A stretch of DNA of 64,000 nucleotides, from assembly GCA_030141605.1 (NCBI GenBank), contig JAQGDQ010000047.1, positions 310,001-374,000 on the forward strand. Direction: 5' to 3'. Origin of the DNA: Tubiluchus corallicola. Its lineage: Eukaryota; Animalia; Priapulida. Within the stretch, counting starts at the first letter, position 1; every line of letters begins with the position of its first letter. This document shows, one piece after another, positions 12,548-26,556 of the stretch. The notes beneath the pieces were generated by a model. The model searched no databases. It saw only the letters and a list, made by a program, of their open reading frames with translations, and had not been told where the DNA came from. The position numbers and the translations under genes were made by a program.

Positions 12548-15500
12548 AACAGAAAGTCTTAACAAAGGCAGTGTATTACTAAAAGTAGCTTGAAGCCTTA
12601 TGTGAGTGTCTTTGTAAGCTACGGACAGTCCTGAACAAAAATTTCCCAACAAAAGTGATGAAACAAATCAAAATGCAAAGTACACACCTGTTCGCACATA
12701 ATAACAATTGGATTATTCACACAGCCATTTAATATCTGAGGACCCAGACCAGTGCAGGAACCCAGAATAGTGTCATCAATTACCCTGCCGCCTGTTCTAT
12801 CTCGGGCTTCTAATACTGTTACCTGTAATAAATTTGTGTAATGAGATAATTAAATCTGACGAGAGAAGGCACTGTACCTAATATTCTCCAATTTAGCATT
12901 TTTAATTATCTATTACAACCTTCCATCCAATCAAATTCAGGTACTGTCACCTACATTAGATGTTGTGTTTTCCAAAAACTTAGGTTGCATTGCAATTACA
13001 AAAGGTTCTATTGGGAAACAATTACTCACTCTAAAATCAGCTACAGGGAAAAACAATGATAAAAAAGTTCAACATTACTTCGATGAAAAGACAAAAGACC
13101 ATTCATTTTTTCCAAATAAAACTGCAAAGTTTAAAAAATGTATTGAAAACAACATGTTTTCCATAATAAGTCGCTAGACTGTTTGGAAAATTAAATGCAA
13201 TATTCTAATGAAAACAATACATTACTTAATTTGTGATGCACAGCTAGAAAATAGAGAAAAATTACCTTTCCTCCAAAATTTGCAAGCTGTCTAGCAGCAG
13301 CTAAACCTGCCGTTCCAGCCCCAATAATTAAAAACTCCACCTGAAAATGTCCACATATATTTACATGTTTATGTTGTTACATTAAAATGCAAAGCACATA
13401 GTAGTAAATAAAGAAAAATAGTGCTATTTTACTATAAATAAAAATTTGTGAACAGATAGAATATTCTTGTGGTAGCCATAAGCTGCATTAATATACATAC
13501 ATAAAGCATCAATATATCATAACCTATGTGAATTTGCAACGTGTATATCTTTGCAAATTATTATTTTAAAAATAACAAGATAATTTCGTTAATCACCACA
13601 GCAAAACAAAAGCATATCACTTACATCTTTGAAAGAAGGTGGCAAAATTGCAAAAGGAGGAGGATTCTTCAAAATCCCAAAATTGACAATTCCTTTTCTT
13701 GTCAAGAATTCCAGCACCCTGCACATTTCTTGTATACAGCGAATCCGTATCAGACCACGACATATTAAACTATCACTGCACTTCTCAGGTGTTAACCACA
13801 CCTAGAAATAAATTTCAACTTAATCAAAAATTACAAAATAATTGTCAAAGTGCCTTGCATTCTTGCAATCTGGTCAATAGCACTTAATTGAAAATTATAT
13901 TATTTAACTCAAAATAATTTTGCGAAAATATAATAAATAGTGTGCCTGTGCATGTGTGTGAGTGTGTGCGTGTTTGTGTATGCGCAAAAAACATATAATC
14001 TATATTAAGTTTTGTTATATAAAACATTATAATGCAACTTTTCATACAAATATTTGAGTTAGTACATAATAATTAATGGGTTGCAGAAATTTTATAAAAT
14101 CAATACAAATACTTCATAAAACAAACAGGAGACAATTAGAATTCTCACATCTTACTGCATTAGTTTCTTTTCACAACACTCTTCCATAAACAAACATGTT
14201 ATTCATTACACGGCATTACTAATTAAGAATAATAAAAAAAAACAGAACACTTAGCTTGTTTTTTATACCATAATTTTAATAATCTATAAATAAGAAACTA
14301 GAATATATACTTTTGGATTTCGATACCATAATGCCAGAACTAAATTTCGTATCCCTAAATACATTGCCTGCTCCCTGAAACAAAAAATGATCATTTTTAG
14401 TCACTTATGCGAAGCTAGATATTTTTACAAATTCATGTATTACACAGACACCAATGAAAAGTTAATTAAGGTTATTATTTAGGTTAATTAAACTCACTTA
14501 TGTTATCCACATTTTATATTTTACATCCTTATAATTTATCATTCCCACATATGATTATCGGCCAAGAACAGGCAAAACTTACTGATATGGCAGCATTTGG
14601 TGTACTGTATTTTTTTGTATAGTTCATAACTTTGCAAGCCTGGACATGACATTAAGTAGACAGTTTGGTAAGACTAGAACCTAGAAGCAGTACAGCAAAT
14701 CAAAGACACCAGAAACCTTTTCCTGGCACTTACCCACCCAATACTTAACCAACTTCAACACTGATTTTCTTCAGTCACTAAGCAGACACTGTTTCCACTC
14801 GGCTACTACACTGCCCCAAAAGATTCAGTATTGTGTTTGCAGACAACAAGCTTGTATATAGTAAACCAATATTTCATCCTACACATTTATTGTCCTGCAT
14901 AATAAGCATAATCTCAACTAAATAGATAACTATTTTGTAAATATTGTACATAAACTTTCTAAAGTAAATATTGCACATTCTAAATTTAATTATTTACTAA
15001 TTATAATTTTGCTTTTTTCAATAGTCCACAACAAGTTAATGCTTGCTACAATGAATGACATAAAATTTTGATATAGTTTGTAATATTTCATAAATTTAAT
15101 GTAACATATAAAAACCACCATACCTGACATATTCTGGAAATTCTTGAATTTCGTCATACTCCATGATGTCTGGCCTCACTGATAGTGCTTTTGCTTGCTC
15201 TCCAGGTTGATAAAATGGCTGATAGCTAATGTTCACTCCTAGAACAAAATCACCTCATGTCAAAATGTCAAATTTGGCTAGAATCATACTAAAGCAACAC
15301 AAGACAACAAGGAGATTTAGTTACAAATCTGACAAACAAGACTGCAGTGAGTCCAAGTATGACAAAGTGACTAGCTGACTATACACATCTTTGAGCTGAC
15401 TGCAAGAAAAAATGTTGAAAGCATGTGTTTAATATCCCTGCTGACAAAAGCTCAATGTGGACGTAATTTTACTAAAGAAAAAACAACTACAAAAATGTCA

Positions 15501-18500
15501 CGTACATACCTGCAGGATGATATAACTTCCAGATATTTTCTGGAGTTCTGCAACTATCATCTACAAAATATAAAACTTAATTCAGCTTTTTAGATAATAC
15601 AGCAGGTGTCGCTTAATAGAGTCACGGTTAATAGACTCAATCGCTTAATTGACTCAAAACGCCTGGAACGGGCCGCTTCTATTCAAATATACATAAAAAC
15701 TATCGGTAACTGACTAAAATAACTCCGCATAATTGACTCAACATTTTTCCTTCACCTACTTAAAATAAGATATTTGTATGTGCACAAAGAGACTTTCCTA
15801 TTATGTCATCTTTACTTCCCGTTTGTTCACTATGTATGCAAAAACAATAATGTTAAGTACAGTTTTGTTTGTAAGTGGGTACGTTTATCATGCACTAATA
15901 CACTAGCGTACCGGTTTTGCTTTGAATATGTTACCCGCTCGCCCACTGTTGCCCAAAGAATTTCTGGAAGCTAAACATTTATTCACTTGCCTAGCAGTTT
16001 CCTTTTGCTGCTCTCGTTGCAAATCACGCTTTCAGGCTTAATGAGTTAACAGTCAAAGATGCAGGTACAGTAATCAGCTGGTAAACATCGTACAGCAAAT
16101 AAGAGCAATGTAAGTGAGCAGACAATTCAGAACTGTTTTAGTCACACACAACAACAGATTTTCAACTTTTTTATAATTACAAAAACTTTGTGGGCCAACT
16201 TCTTCGCGAGAAAATGAGGCAGCTGACTTTGAAGGAAATTTTGTAAATAAACAGAAAAGTCTGTGACTTAGAAAAGTATACATTTTAATTTATTGCTAAC
16301 TCACTTATATAAATTAATATTTTAAAATATTTCTTCTAATTTTTAACTGCACAGGAATTTAGGCATTACTTCATTTCTAAAATTCATTAAAAACCTTTAC
16401 AGTGCATAGTAAGCTGATGACTCTTACTTCTATACCTGCAATGCTACACACATCGGTTAATAGGCTCAGTCGGTTAATTGGGTTGAAACATGTCGGTCCC
16501 AAAGTGAGTCTACTTTTAAAATTTCAACATGAATAAACCTAAACATAATCACTCAAAGCAGAAACTCGACTATCAGTACAAATAATATCAAGAGCATATT
16601 ACATTAACTATAATTTCAGGTAACTGATGACGGTACAAAAAAAGTACAAATTAATTGATTTTTCGGTATTTGCCCTGCATACAAGATGAATATAATGTGA
16701 CAGTTTTCTACATTTACTTAATACTTTAAATAAAGATCATTATGATGTTTTCCAGTTCAGATAACAATAACTCAGAAGCTGGTGCTCAAGTAAAAGGTTT
16801 ATGGTAATTTTAGCTCTTAAAAACACAAAATGGTAACTGTGGGGTTAATTGCAACTGCACATTAACAATAGACCTTCCAGTGACCACTGCAGCCAAGGCG
16901 CAGCTTTCAAATTAATATAACTACATTAACAACATTTTTGTCACTAATAACTAACAACACACAAACTACAATGTTTGTACTATTTTGCCAGACTATTTGT
17001 TCTATACAGATCTCCCCAAACAAAGCCAGCAGTCAATTAAATAACAATTACATCAGCCACTTATCACTGTTTACTGATAATAGCTATTACACTAGCAAAA
17101 CCATTTAATAAAAAAGCCCACAATAGAAAAATGATGTCTCTTTTATTTTCTTTACTAAAATATTTTTATTAATACATCCAAACACATTATATACATCTGA
17201 GACACCTCTGCCAGTTCAATGAGTCATCTTAGAGAGATATCCTTGATATCCGTCAAGCTCCAGTAGCTTCACAAACGCCTGTTTGAGTAGGTGTTGCCTT
17301 AGAGTGCTTTCCAGAGTGCAGAGTGCCAAAGCATATAAAACATAAAACACTTTTGAAAAATTGTACTGAAATTACCTGCATCAGTAATAATTGGCATCAC
17401 GCTAGCAGTGGCACTCATTCCAACACCGTCAGGATAATATGAAACGAGGAAGTCAGCAGCAGGAGAATGTTTTAACAATGGTGGTTGAACTGCTGTCTGA
17501 ATCCATGAAGGAACCAATGCTTGTGCAACTCTCTAAAAATTAGACATTGTTACAGTTAACAGAATAAAACTGCATAACATTCTTAAAAAAGATTTACAAA
17601 AAATGAATGAACAGATGCTTTGTATTTATTTACAATATAAAATTAGACATGCATCAAGGTTTGGAGAGATAAAAACAGGGTCACTATTATAAAATATTAA
17701 TTAATTAAACAACTCTAATTAATAAATTAGGAAAGAGACTGCAATTTTTTGGTGAATCAATGACACCCTAACTAATCATGCTACGAAAATTTAGCTTATT
17801 GGATAAAACCTCTGGGAGTTGAAAAAGTGTGATAGACAATGAGAGAGTGAAGGAAACAGCAGGTTTTTCATTTTTTGGACATTTTATTAGATCATCGGCA
17901 TGGCAAATCCAAAGAACTATGCAAGGTCTGCTAGATTTTTGCTAGCTTAAAAAAAATTGTCAACCCGATTTTTGAAAATTGATGTTTACAACAGGGAATT
18001 TGCCTTCATGCTTGGTGGGACAGATCCAATAAAATAAGCAGAAAAGGAAGCAGAAATTCATAAGATTTCTGATTTCCATAGGGCAGAAAAGAAGCTGCTG
18101 TGAATGTGTTTTCAAAGAGCGAAATAAATGTGACTGGATATGAAGACTCACTGCAAATTAATATTACTAACATTGCAAAAACTTCTCAGCATCCAAAACA
18201 AAAAAAACATTTATAGTTAAAAACAACAGAACTTATTAAAACTTTTACTTTAAAAGTTAAAATCATGTCAAATCTTGCCAAATTATGCACTGATTATTAA
18301 GCTTAATCATTACCAATTTGGATTTTGTAAATACATGATACAGTGCTTAAGTTACTGCATCAGTTTTTTTACTGATCTGCTAATTCATTACCTCTTTGCT
18401 TCTGTTAACTACTTAATTAGTGCATAACAGGCTCTGTCTATATAAACTGGTTGTAATTTTGTAACTTTACAACTGACGATGACAGCAACAGTCTGTCGTA

Positions 18501-21500
18501 ACATATGGCATGGTTTTAATTTTTTTAAATAAAAGTTTTAGTAAAGTTGTGTTGTTTTTAACTATAAATGTTTTGAAGTGCATTTAACAAAAATTGACAA
18601 AAAAAGAACTACACAATATTTCAATAATTATGTGAATTAACTTTGCTTTAATATAACTCAACAAACTGCAATAAAACAAACAAGAAAACTTCAGAGACAG
18701 TCAAATACATTTTCACTTCACAATGAGGGCAAGCAGGAAGTTTACACAGACAAAATATTGATTGAATATACTTAGGTCTGCTACATTTGTTATAATTAGT
18801 TCAACCGATGGCCACATATCATTAAAGTAAACAATATTTTCAAACAAACTAAAGTAGATAAAAAACTTGCGAATCTACTACACAAACTAATGGATAATAG
18901 TTCCTCGACACAACAAATAAACTTCAAAGACATGCCTTATTATATGTAACTAAAATACTAATTTCACATGAACAAAACTCATCAATGGTTTACAGAATGG
19001 TATAGAAAGCATATTACGATAAAATTATCAGATGTAACAGAAGACACATCGACACGAGATGCCATTTACATTTTAACTGAGCAGCGTACATGTAAAACAA
19101 GAAACAGAACCAAACTTAAACAAGAAACAGAATAAACGACCAGAATTCACACTTGCATTCTTAAGCAAGTGTAAAGATTAAATCAAAAACTTGGCAAAAA
19201 AACACTTACATTATCTTCTGCAACACTGCAAGCATCAGCAATGTCTTTCTGCAAAAATAAAAAAACTAGAATTTTCACAGCATTTAGTTAAAACCTAACA
19301 ATAATTGTAATTTTAAGTGAAGTTATGCAGTTATGCACTGCTCTCTAAAGTAAACCTAACTTTATCAGTTAGGGTAAAATACTCGAAAAAGGTAAAGGAA
19401 ACCTTTCAAACAAGACATGTTTGCATCCTCATACAAAAATGCAAAGACAAAAGCAAAACCAGAAACTAGATGTTAGTAGACGTCTATCTCAAGGAAACAG
19501 CAATAACTTTACATTATTAAGTGACTATTATAATAAAATTTAACTAGTGTACCTTTCCACTTGTTCTCTTGCCACAATAATAGTTGTGAATAAAGTTTTC
19601 ATTCACGATGGTATCTTTAGGAACCTGTCGCCACTTTGTGCAACCAGGCTTTCTACACTGCACCCAGTAAGGTAGATGCTGATCAGTCATAAAACATCGC
19701 ATTGTGGGCTCAGTTTTACCATTGGAAGACCAATCGTCCCGCCACTTACAATATTCTTTGTGGCCCGGTTTTGAGCTACAACAACACAAGACTATCCGAT
19801 GTTAAATTTTTTTGCGTAAAATTTAAATTCTACCTTAGAACTTCTATTTATAAAATTGTTTAGAAAACCAAGAAAACAAATTAATTTCAACAAATATAAA
19901 TAACATTTACAAAAAATAAAGAAATGCTGATTTCATTAAAGCCAACAATACAATAAAGGTGAAAATCATTAGGGAATTCAAGGTCAAGCTTTGCTTTCAT
20001 CATTTGAAATCCAGCTGCATGTGTCTGCATACATTCCTGGTAGTTCGATTCCCCAAAACATTCATGAATAATGCAGAAGAAGCATTGGCTGCATATCATT
20101 AGCTTTGTTTATTCAAATTACGGAAAGCGAAGCTTAACCTTTAATTCCTGAATGGTTGCCCGGTATTTTTATTGTATTGTTAGCTTTGCTGTTTACCATA
20201 GTTTACCTTCTGTAGAAATACTCAAAACACTCATTACAGAAGTGTTCACCTAGTGTTAAATGATACCATCTGGGAGTGTAACTGCTTCCACAACATCTAG
20301 AAAAATAAAAATCAACAATTTATTAGAAAAAAGCTATTTCATGTAGTACTGCTTTTTTTACGGTTCGACAAGGCTTATTACAAATGTTGAATCTGCAAGT
20401 ATGCCACAGCTACTGAACATTAGTAATTTAACTCTGCAAATTAATTCATTAGCAGGGATAATCTATTAAAGTGAAATACTATTATGCTAGTACCCTTATA
20501 TCGATACACTAATGTGCACTTAAACTGATAGAAGTTATCGCAACATTTAAAATCTTAGACGCTCCATCTTACACTGTGTGAATAACTGTTACAAAGTCAA
20601 GAAATATTAACCCCATAACCATAATTTAACCTCATATTTTGCAATGCATCACCCCAAGCTTAAAATTTCAATATACATCATCTTTTTACAAAAATAAAAT
20701 GGTACTACAGAAAAATCTGTTGTTTTAATTACACTAGGTAGCTTTAAAAACACGTGATAATGAACAGTAGCTATTTTATAGCAACTTCGCATGTGCAAAC
20801 TCATCAAGTCAGTCAATGAAAATAATCTACTGACTTTAGCTGATTTTGACATTTGTTGCTATACCTGTCACTAGCTCTCACACAGCAGATTGGTATCTCT
20901 GACTGACAATCAGTTTTCCCACATTTTCTGATTTTCTTATCACTAACCACCTGATTAACGAAGTTTGTCGCAGTGATGTTGGTGCCACTTTTTGATGCAG
21001 CTTCCACTAAATAAAAAATGTTAAAGTAAAAAAAGGTGGCAAAATAGTTATAACAACAGCCCAATATGAAAAACAACATCAATTTTCTTTAAATTATACT
21101 ATAGAAAAAAGTGTATTATTATTGCTCTTTTGTAATAACATTCAGTCAAATAGGCAAAACCAAATCAGACGTATCGCTTCACTTGTTAAACAAACATTTA
21201 GCATAGACAGAAACAAACTATGACTTAAGTTTAAGTAATACATGAAGCAGCTTTTTGTCTCAGATCACATGATGGTCATAGGTGGAATCAGTAAAGATCA
21301 TGCAATTAGATAATTCATAAAAAAACAAAGTTATGTCAAAAACATCTTTGTTTTCTTTGTACTGTTGTCCAGACTATTACCCACACAGTAATGGCACTGA
21401 TACACAACATAAAGTCACAAATCACAATCTAAAAAAAGTTCTAAAAATAGGTTAGCACATAATCAAAACCTGGAATCAACGTTGGTTCAGGTTCACGTTT

Positions 21501-21602
21501 TAAGCGCTTCAGTGCCAATGATGCTGTTGGAAAGAAATCTCCTTCTACCAAACCTTCAGCTTCTAATACTTTTAGTGACTTCCTCTTGACTCTGCCAGAC
21601 AT
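4566..21602 (-). CDS. KDM1B: Lysine-specific histone demethylase 1B (LSD2/AOF1), ~836 aa, 20 coding exons
   Basis: Phase-consistent GT-AG exons: 21470-21602 (ATG directly after an AG), 20865-21006, 20207-20296, 19553-19775, 19210-19248, 17376-17532, 15510-15560, 15124-15238, 14311-14374, 13625-13801, 13266-13340, 12688-12822, 11099-11329, 10758-10958, 10266-10340, 8683-8799, 8424-8549, 6770-6898, 6132-6284, 4566-4643 (total 2511 nt). Motifs: C4H2C2 zinc finger (RWYHLTLGEHFCNECF), zf-CW (LPYWVQCRKPGCTKWRQ), SWIRM (MYLGIRNLVLALW), FAD-binding IIGAGTAGLAAA...LEARDRTGGRV, catalytic Lys (GAGVIEK), C-terminal FAGEATNRHFPQTVTGAYLSG. There is no Tower insertion, so this is LSD2 rather than LSD1. Confidence 0.96.
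9328..9666. mobile_element. hAT-type MITE in a KDM1B intron
   Basis: 11-bp TIRs aAGGGGTGAGC ... GCTCACCCCTa, 8-bp TSD tttttaac/cttttaac (7/8), and subterminal TTCGA/ATTCG repeats at both ends. Confidence 0.75.
11520..12405 (-). mobile_element. 5'-truncated LINE (L2/CR1-group) 3' fragment in a KDM1B intron
   Basis: ORF 11726-12301 has post-RT C-terminal LINE motifs (IYKTLVLPHFLYG, LQNYALRLI, LWNSLP..IK.IKSLSAFKTKLK). Just upstream are YLDIQVDNNLSWDEH. A 3' UTR ends in AATAAA plus an (ATT/TA) tail near 11520-11546. Confidence 0.85.
12484..12547. repeat. (TA)n microsatellite
   Basis: About 30 TA units visible directly. Confidence 0.95.
15600..16512 (+). mobile_element. Non-autonomous Tc1/mariner (pogo/Tigger-like) element, copy A, with one TIR truncated
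   Basis: Begins TA|CAGCAGGTGTCGCTTAATAGAGTCAC. It is collinear, as a reverse complement, with 29426-30391 over its whole length. The last ~20 bp of the right TIR are missing. Confidence 0.85.
18435..18535 (+). mobile_element. Penelope-like pseudo-LTR relic with a degenerate minimal hammerhead motif
   Basis: TATATAAA (18439), then CTGACGA-t-GACAG-loop-CTGTC-GTAA-C (18473-18502, where GAAA has become GTAA), then AATAAA (18528). This is the usual order of motifs in Penelope terminal repeats. Confidence 0.5.
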
Positions 21603-21939
21603 CTAAAATCAAAAGAATAATGTTCAGCTATTCATAAAATAACACTAATAAAAATTTAAAAAGATGGCCTCAAATAATATCTGGATTTAATATTCCTTAT
21701 AATTATCATTATTAGGCCTATCCTAGTATATACTATTGAAAAATAACATATTGCATTTGCATTGCATATTTGACATTACCATTTTTGTTTTCATTTAAGT
21801 GGATAAATGACAGTACAGTTATTATTAATTTTTGTTATCCTAAAGGTAACCCTGCAGTTCAAAATTTTTCTTCGTAATTTTCACTTGTAATTTTACTTCT
21901 CTGTTATTTAAAATTTGTATCAAATAATTGCTCACAATA

Positions 21940-24935
21940 CTATTGTGAGACATAAATGGAGGTAGAATTGCTTTTTATATATTAACTGCTATTACTTTTA
22001 AGGTTCGTGCTGATATTATGCCTCACAATTGCTACGAGTTGTTATGGTTTCAGATTCAATTAAAAGCGAGTACTATTTATGTGTTTCGTTCGCCCTCTCA
22101 AGTATCCCAGGAAGAGAACAAGTTTATAGAAAAGTTACAACAGTCATGTGATAATCTTTTAAACAGCACATTGAAGCAACAGTATTGCATTATTTTTACA
22201 GGTGATTTTAATGCCAAATACAAATCCTGGGATCTTACAGAGGCGAACGAGAACACAACGGGTCAAAAATTATACCAGTGTACAGTCCAAAATCAACTAA
22301 TTCAGCTTATTAATGAACCGACACGAGTAACAGCCAATTCTAAATCTTTGCTTGATGCCATATTGATCTCATAACCACAAATTATCCAGGTTGCTTTATT
22401 GATTCTGCAACATTACCACAGATTTATTCTTGAGACCATAATGCAATTTTTGGAAAAGTGACTTTTGATTTTTCCCTCCCCAAAAGCCTGTTGGTGAAAA
22501 GTATACAATTATAAACAGGTCGAATGGGTTAGCCTCAATAATAAGATTGCTTCTGCTGACTGGGAAACTATATTTCGCTTAGAATGTACTGATACCGTAT
22601 TTCAATGTTTTTTAGATCAATTAGAAAATTTAATTGATGAATGCATACCTAATCAGATTATTACAGTTCGTCCATGGGATAAACAATGGATGACTAGATT
22701 TGTAAGAAAATTGAGAAAGCAGAAAGAAAAGGCCTATAGTAATTACAGAGCGAACAAATCCCCAGAAACATGGCAAGCCTATGCTACAATCAGAAACAAA
22801 TATAGCAATTCTGTTAAAAAGGCCAAAACTGATTATCTTAATAAATTAAGTGCTAAACTAAATAACCCCGACACTAGTCCAAAAACATGGTGGAACATTA
22901 CTAAAAAAATTTATAAAAATTCTAGTGAATTTGTTATCCCACCTCTTTTAAAGGGTACTAATTCTGCAAAATGCAACATGTTTAACAATTACTCCGCAAA
23001 CAATACTAGATTAGACACATCTACAGCATTTTACCTAACTTCCAACTAAAAACTGAAGAATGTTTATCCTCTGTAACCGTAAATGAGATCACAGTTAAAG
23101 CACTTTTGGAAAAAGCAAAAATGGATAAAGCTAGGGGAGCTGATAGTATCAGTAATCAGCGTTGAAATTTTGTTCTACCTTGTTAGCCAAACCCTTAAGA
23201 TGGCTTTTTAACATATCATTACTGAGGGGCCATTTTCCATTTGTGTGGAAGCTCGCATATGTATGCCCTATACACAAATCCGGAGATAAATAAATCGTTT
23301 CTAATTATAGGCCCATATCGCTTTTGTCATGCACCTCAAAAATTCTAGAACGTATCGTATACAATGAACTGTGCAATTATTTGGTTATCCAAAATAACTT
23401 TTTAACTGAGAAAAATTCAGGTTTTAGACCGGGTGATAGCAATTAACCAACTACTTTCTATAGAGCATAAAATCTACCAAAATTCAGACAGTGGAAGAGA
23501 GTGCTGTGTATTCCCGGATATTAGTGAGGCATTCGATAGAGTTTGGCACGAGGGCTTAATTTTCAAATTAAAACAGTATGGCATTGATGGCGCTCTTTTA
23601 AACTGGATTTCATGTTATCTCTGTGAACGCTCACAAAGAGTGGTACTTGACGACATTTTGTCTGATGTACAAACGCTGCACGCTGGAGTACCTCAGGGCT
23701 CTATTCTCTGACCCCTATTGTTTTTAGTCTTCATTGACGATATCACAGAGAATATTAAATGTGATATCCGATTATGTGCGTATGACACTTCATTATTTGA
23801 ATCTGCGTGTGACATGTGAGAAACTTTTTAATACCACTATCTTACCAGCAGTTGAATATGGAAATGTAATTTGGTTCGGATGCCAAGACTACAATTTGAA
23901 ACTACTAGAAAATGTACAGTTAAGTGCTGGCAGAATTTGTTCAGGTGCCATGCTTAGGTCATCGCCAGAAATTGAACTTAAAGACTGTGGTTTTACTTTG
24001 TTTGAAAAACATTTTAAATTTCATCATTTAGTTCCATCTCATTTATATAGAATGTTGCCATTGCAAGTTAGAAACTTTACCGCTTATCCTATGCGCAATG
24101 TTGAAAGTTAAAGAAATTTTTTCTCTCACATGTTGGCTTTTAAAAAATCATTCTTTCTTTTGTCCATTGATTTATGGAATCAACTTCCCATATCTAAGTT
24201 GAAATGAGATACATGAAATACGTGAAATAAGATTTTTATCGAAATTTAAACTTGAACTGAAAAAGTACTTTGATTTTAGCAAACATCCAAATCATTTTTT
24301 TACGGTAAATGTCCTAGTTAAGCTCACCACACTTGCGCGTGCATAGGATTTAGTCAGCTAAATTATGACCTGTCACTTAAAAATTGCAGAAATAATGATA
24401 GTTCTCTAGTATCACCTTAATGTTCTTGTAGTGAACCATATGAACACTTTTTTCTAAATTGCTCAAACTACATAATATCAAGAAATAGAATGTTTAACAA
24501 CCTTAATGCTTTATATGACAACAATGACATTAGAAACTTGGCAGTTAGCGCGGATATGAAAATTTAGGTTCTGCAAGTAATTGTAAAATATTTGATTTTG
24601 TACAGTTGTTTATAACCGAATCTAGACGTTTTAAATGATGATTACTGGAATTGATCAATTTATTTGTACTATATGTTATATAGCAAAGATGCATGTTTAC
24701 TGTTTACTGATAAACCAGTTTAGTGCGCAGGCTAAATATTTAACTATTTATCATTTGTTTTTTGTATTTACCCACACCAAGTAACTATAATAACTATGTA
24801 AATATTTTTACATAGATTTATGTATTACCACTAACAGTTGTAAAATTTACTAAGCAGGGAGTGCCCGTGCATAAGTTGCAAAAACTTTCTAGCACAAACC
24901 GCGTAATAAAATTATATTTAAATTAAATTAATTAA
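21940..24935 (+). mobile_element. Decayed CR1/L2-group LINE ORF2 (APE endonuclease + reverse transcriptase), antisense, upstream of the KDM1B ATG exon
   Basis: APE motifs IIFTGDFNA and QLINEPTRVT..SKSLLD. RT motifs NYRPISLLS, SGFRPG, D..AFDRVWH.GLIFKL, AGVPQGSIL*PLLF and a degenerate (Y/F)ADD. Many stops and frameshifts, an internal deletion, and a 3' AATAAA plus (TTAAA)n tail at 24905-24935. Confidence 0.92.
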
Positions 24936-25434
24936 CTTGACGGTTCATGCCTCACCTTGACCACCATCACTGTGTACTGCCTTGCCATGTTCTCTATGTA
25001 CTCAGTAGATAGTACCACAAGGCAATACATGACAAGACTGTACACATGAGGCGGCACACGGTGCTACAGTAAACTAGCAAGATGGTACATGCCAACACAG
25101 TACGTGGCACAATGATACACAGCGTGATGGGGAACCAGTAGATGGGGAAGTTGAGCACGTAGTATCACATTACTATATTCTTTTTAACTGAAAATATTTA
25201 GAAAATAAAACTGAATTGAATTGAACATATGAATGCAAGAAATCAGTGAATCCCAATATAGATGAACTGAGAATTACCTATATTTTATGTTAAGGAACTA
25301 GGCTCCTATGGCAGTGGCTACTGCATAGTATAGTAGCATAAAATATGTTACATAACTTATAAGACATAGACCTAACTGCCGCCCGAGTAGAAATATAATT
25401 TATTAATAGTGATACTGTCATAGTGATCCAAAAC

Positions 25435-26176
25435 TAGGGTTACCATACGTCCGGGTTTCCCCGGACACGGCATCCGGACGGGTTTTCAAAAAATCGGCAG
25501 TTTGCCCGTGTTTCGCCTCAATCCATAAGTATGTACGGACATTGCCAACTGCAGAGGCATACGACAGTATGCAACAAAGAAAAGCTCATTAATTTTCAAT
25601 ACAAGGTGTTACTAACATCTCAAAATGCAACCCTTGTAAAAGCTTTATGTACATATTTACTGAACAAAAGTAAGCGATGCGCACATCACTATGGGTCACA
25701 TGACTCGCACCGCTGTCGATACTCGGCGTATTCGCTAATGACTTAAAATGATGTCAGCTTCAATAAAGAAACAAGTTGCATCTTGAATCCGTGAAAGGAA
25801 TTCTCTTTGTTCAGCATAATTTCAAACATCTGTCATGCAAAGACTTTTATGCATATCTGTGCAGTCGACCGAAATTGCTCAAAGCTATTCCGTCTTCGGA
25901 AAAGTATTCTTGGTCTCAGCCTCGGGCTCAGTCAAGTTCAAGCGTAACTGTTTCTGAGAGCCAAGAAAAAGCAGGCGACTGACAGTTGCAGTGTGTTAAT
26001 CTTTTTTGCAGTATAGCCATTTGGTATTGCCATTAGAATACATGTAGGCCTATTTGTATAATTTGCAATTTATTTTGCATTGTTTTAATAATAGACCCTA
26101 GACTGGTCATTTTTGCTTACTTACAAGTGTGCGAAAAAGTGTCCTCTTTTTCAACTCAGACAATATGGTAACCCTA
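25435..26176 (+). mobile_element. Internally deleted hAT (Blackjack-like) DNA transposon
   Basis: Perfect 13-bp TIR TAGGGTTACCATA...TATGGTAACCCTA and 8-bp TSD tccaaaac/tccaaaag. ORF 25776-25982 keeps the transposase C-terminus (L..ESVKGILFVQHNF..LSCKDFY....KLLKAI.SSEKY). Confidence 0.88.
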
Positions 26177-26556
26177 TCCAAAAGTCAAATTCATGATTCA
26201 CAATCCAGAGGTGGGGGTATTGGCAAATGTGCCATTTGTCCATCCACTATATTAAACTTGCTGTAACCGAGATGTTAAATACAGTGGCACCACAAATAGA
26301 GGGAGGTCATGTCATAAGGATATTTTGTTCCCATTGGATGTATGCATTTTGAGGGATTCTGCTGAAAGCCTTGCCTAGACGTGTCTTAAAATTCTTAATC
26401 TTGAAAGCACGCCTTCTTTATCATAAAAAGTGAAAAAAATTTGACTTTAATACCATTAAACACTTTTTCACAAAGAAAATTTTCGGCGTTGTATACGAGA
26501 GCTTGTCAAGAAAAGAAATCTTTTTCTCTTATTCTGAATTCCAAATTTAGTCGTAC

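Noticed and set aside
17201-17330. Exon-like GC-richer stretch in a KDM1B intron
   Set aside because: All three minus-strand frames hit stops, and the neighbouring exons join in phase without it.
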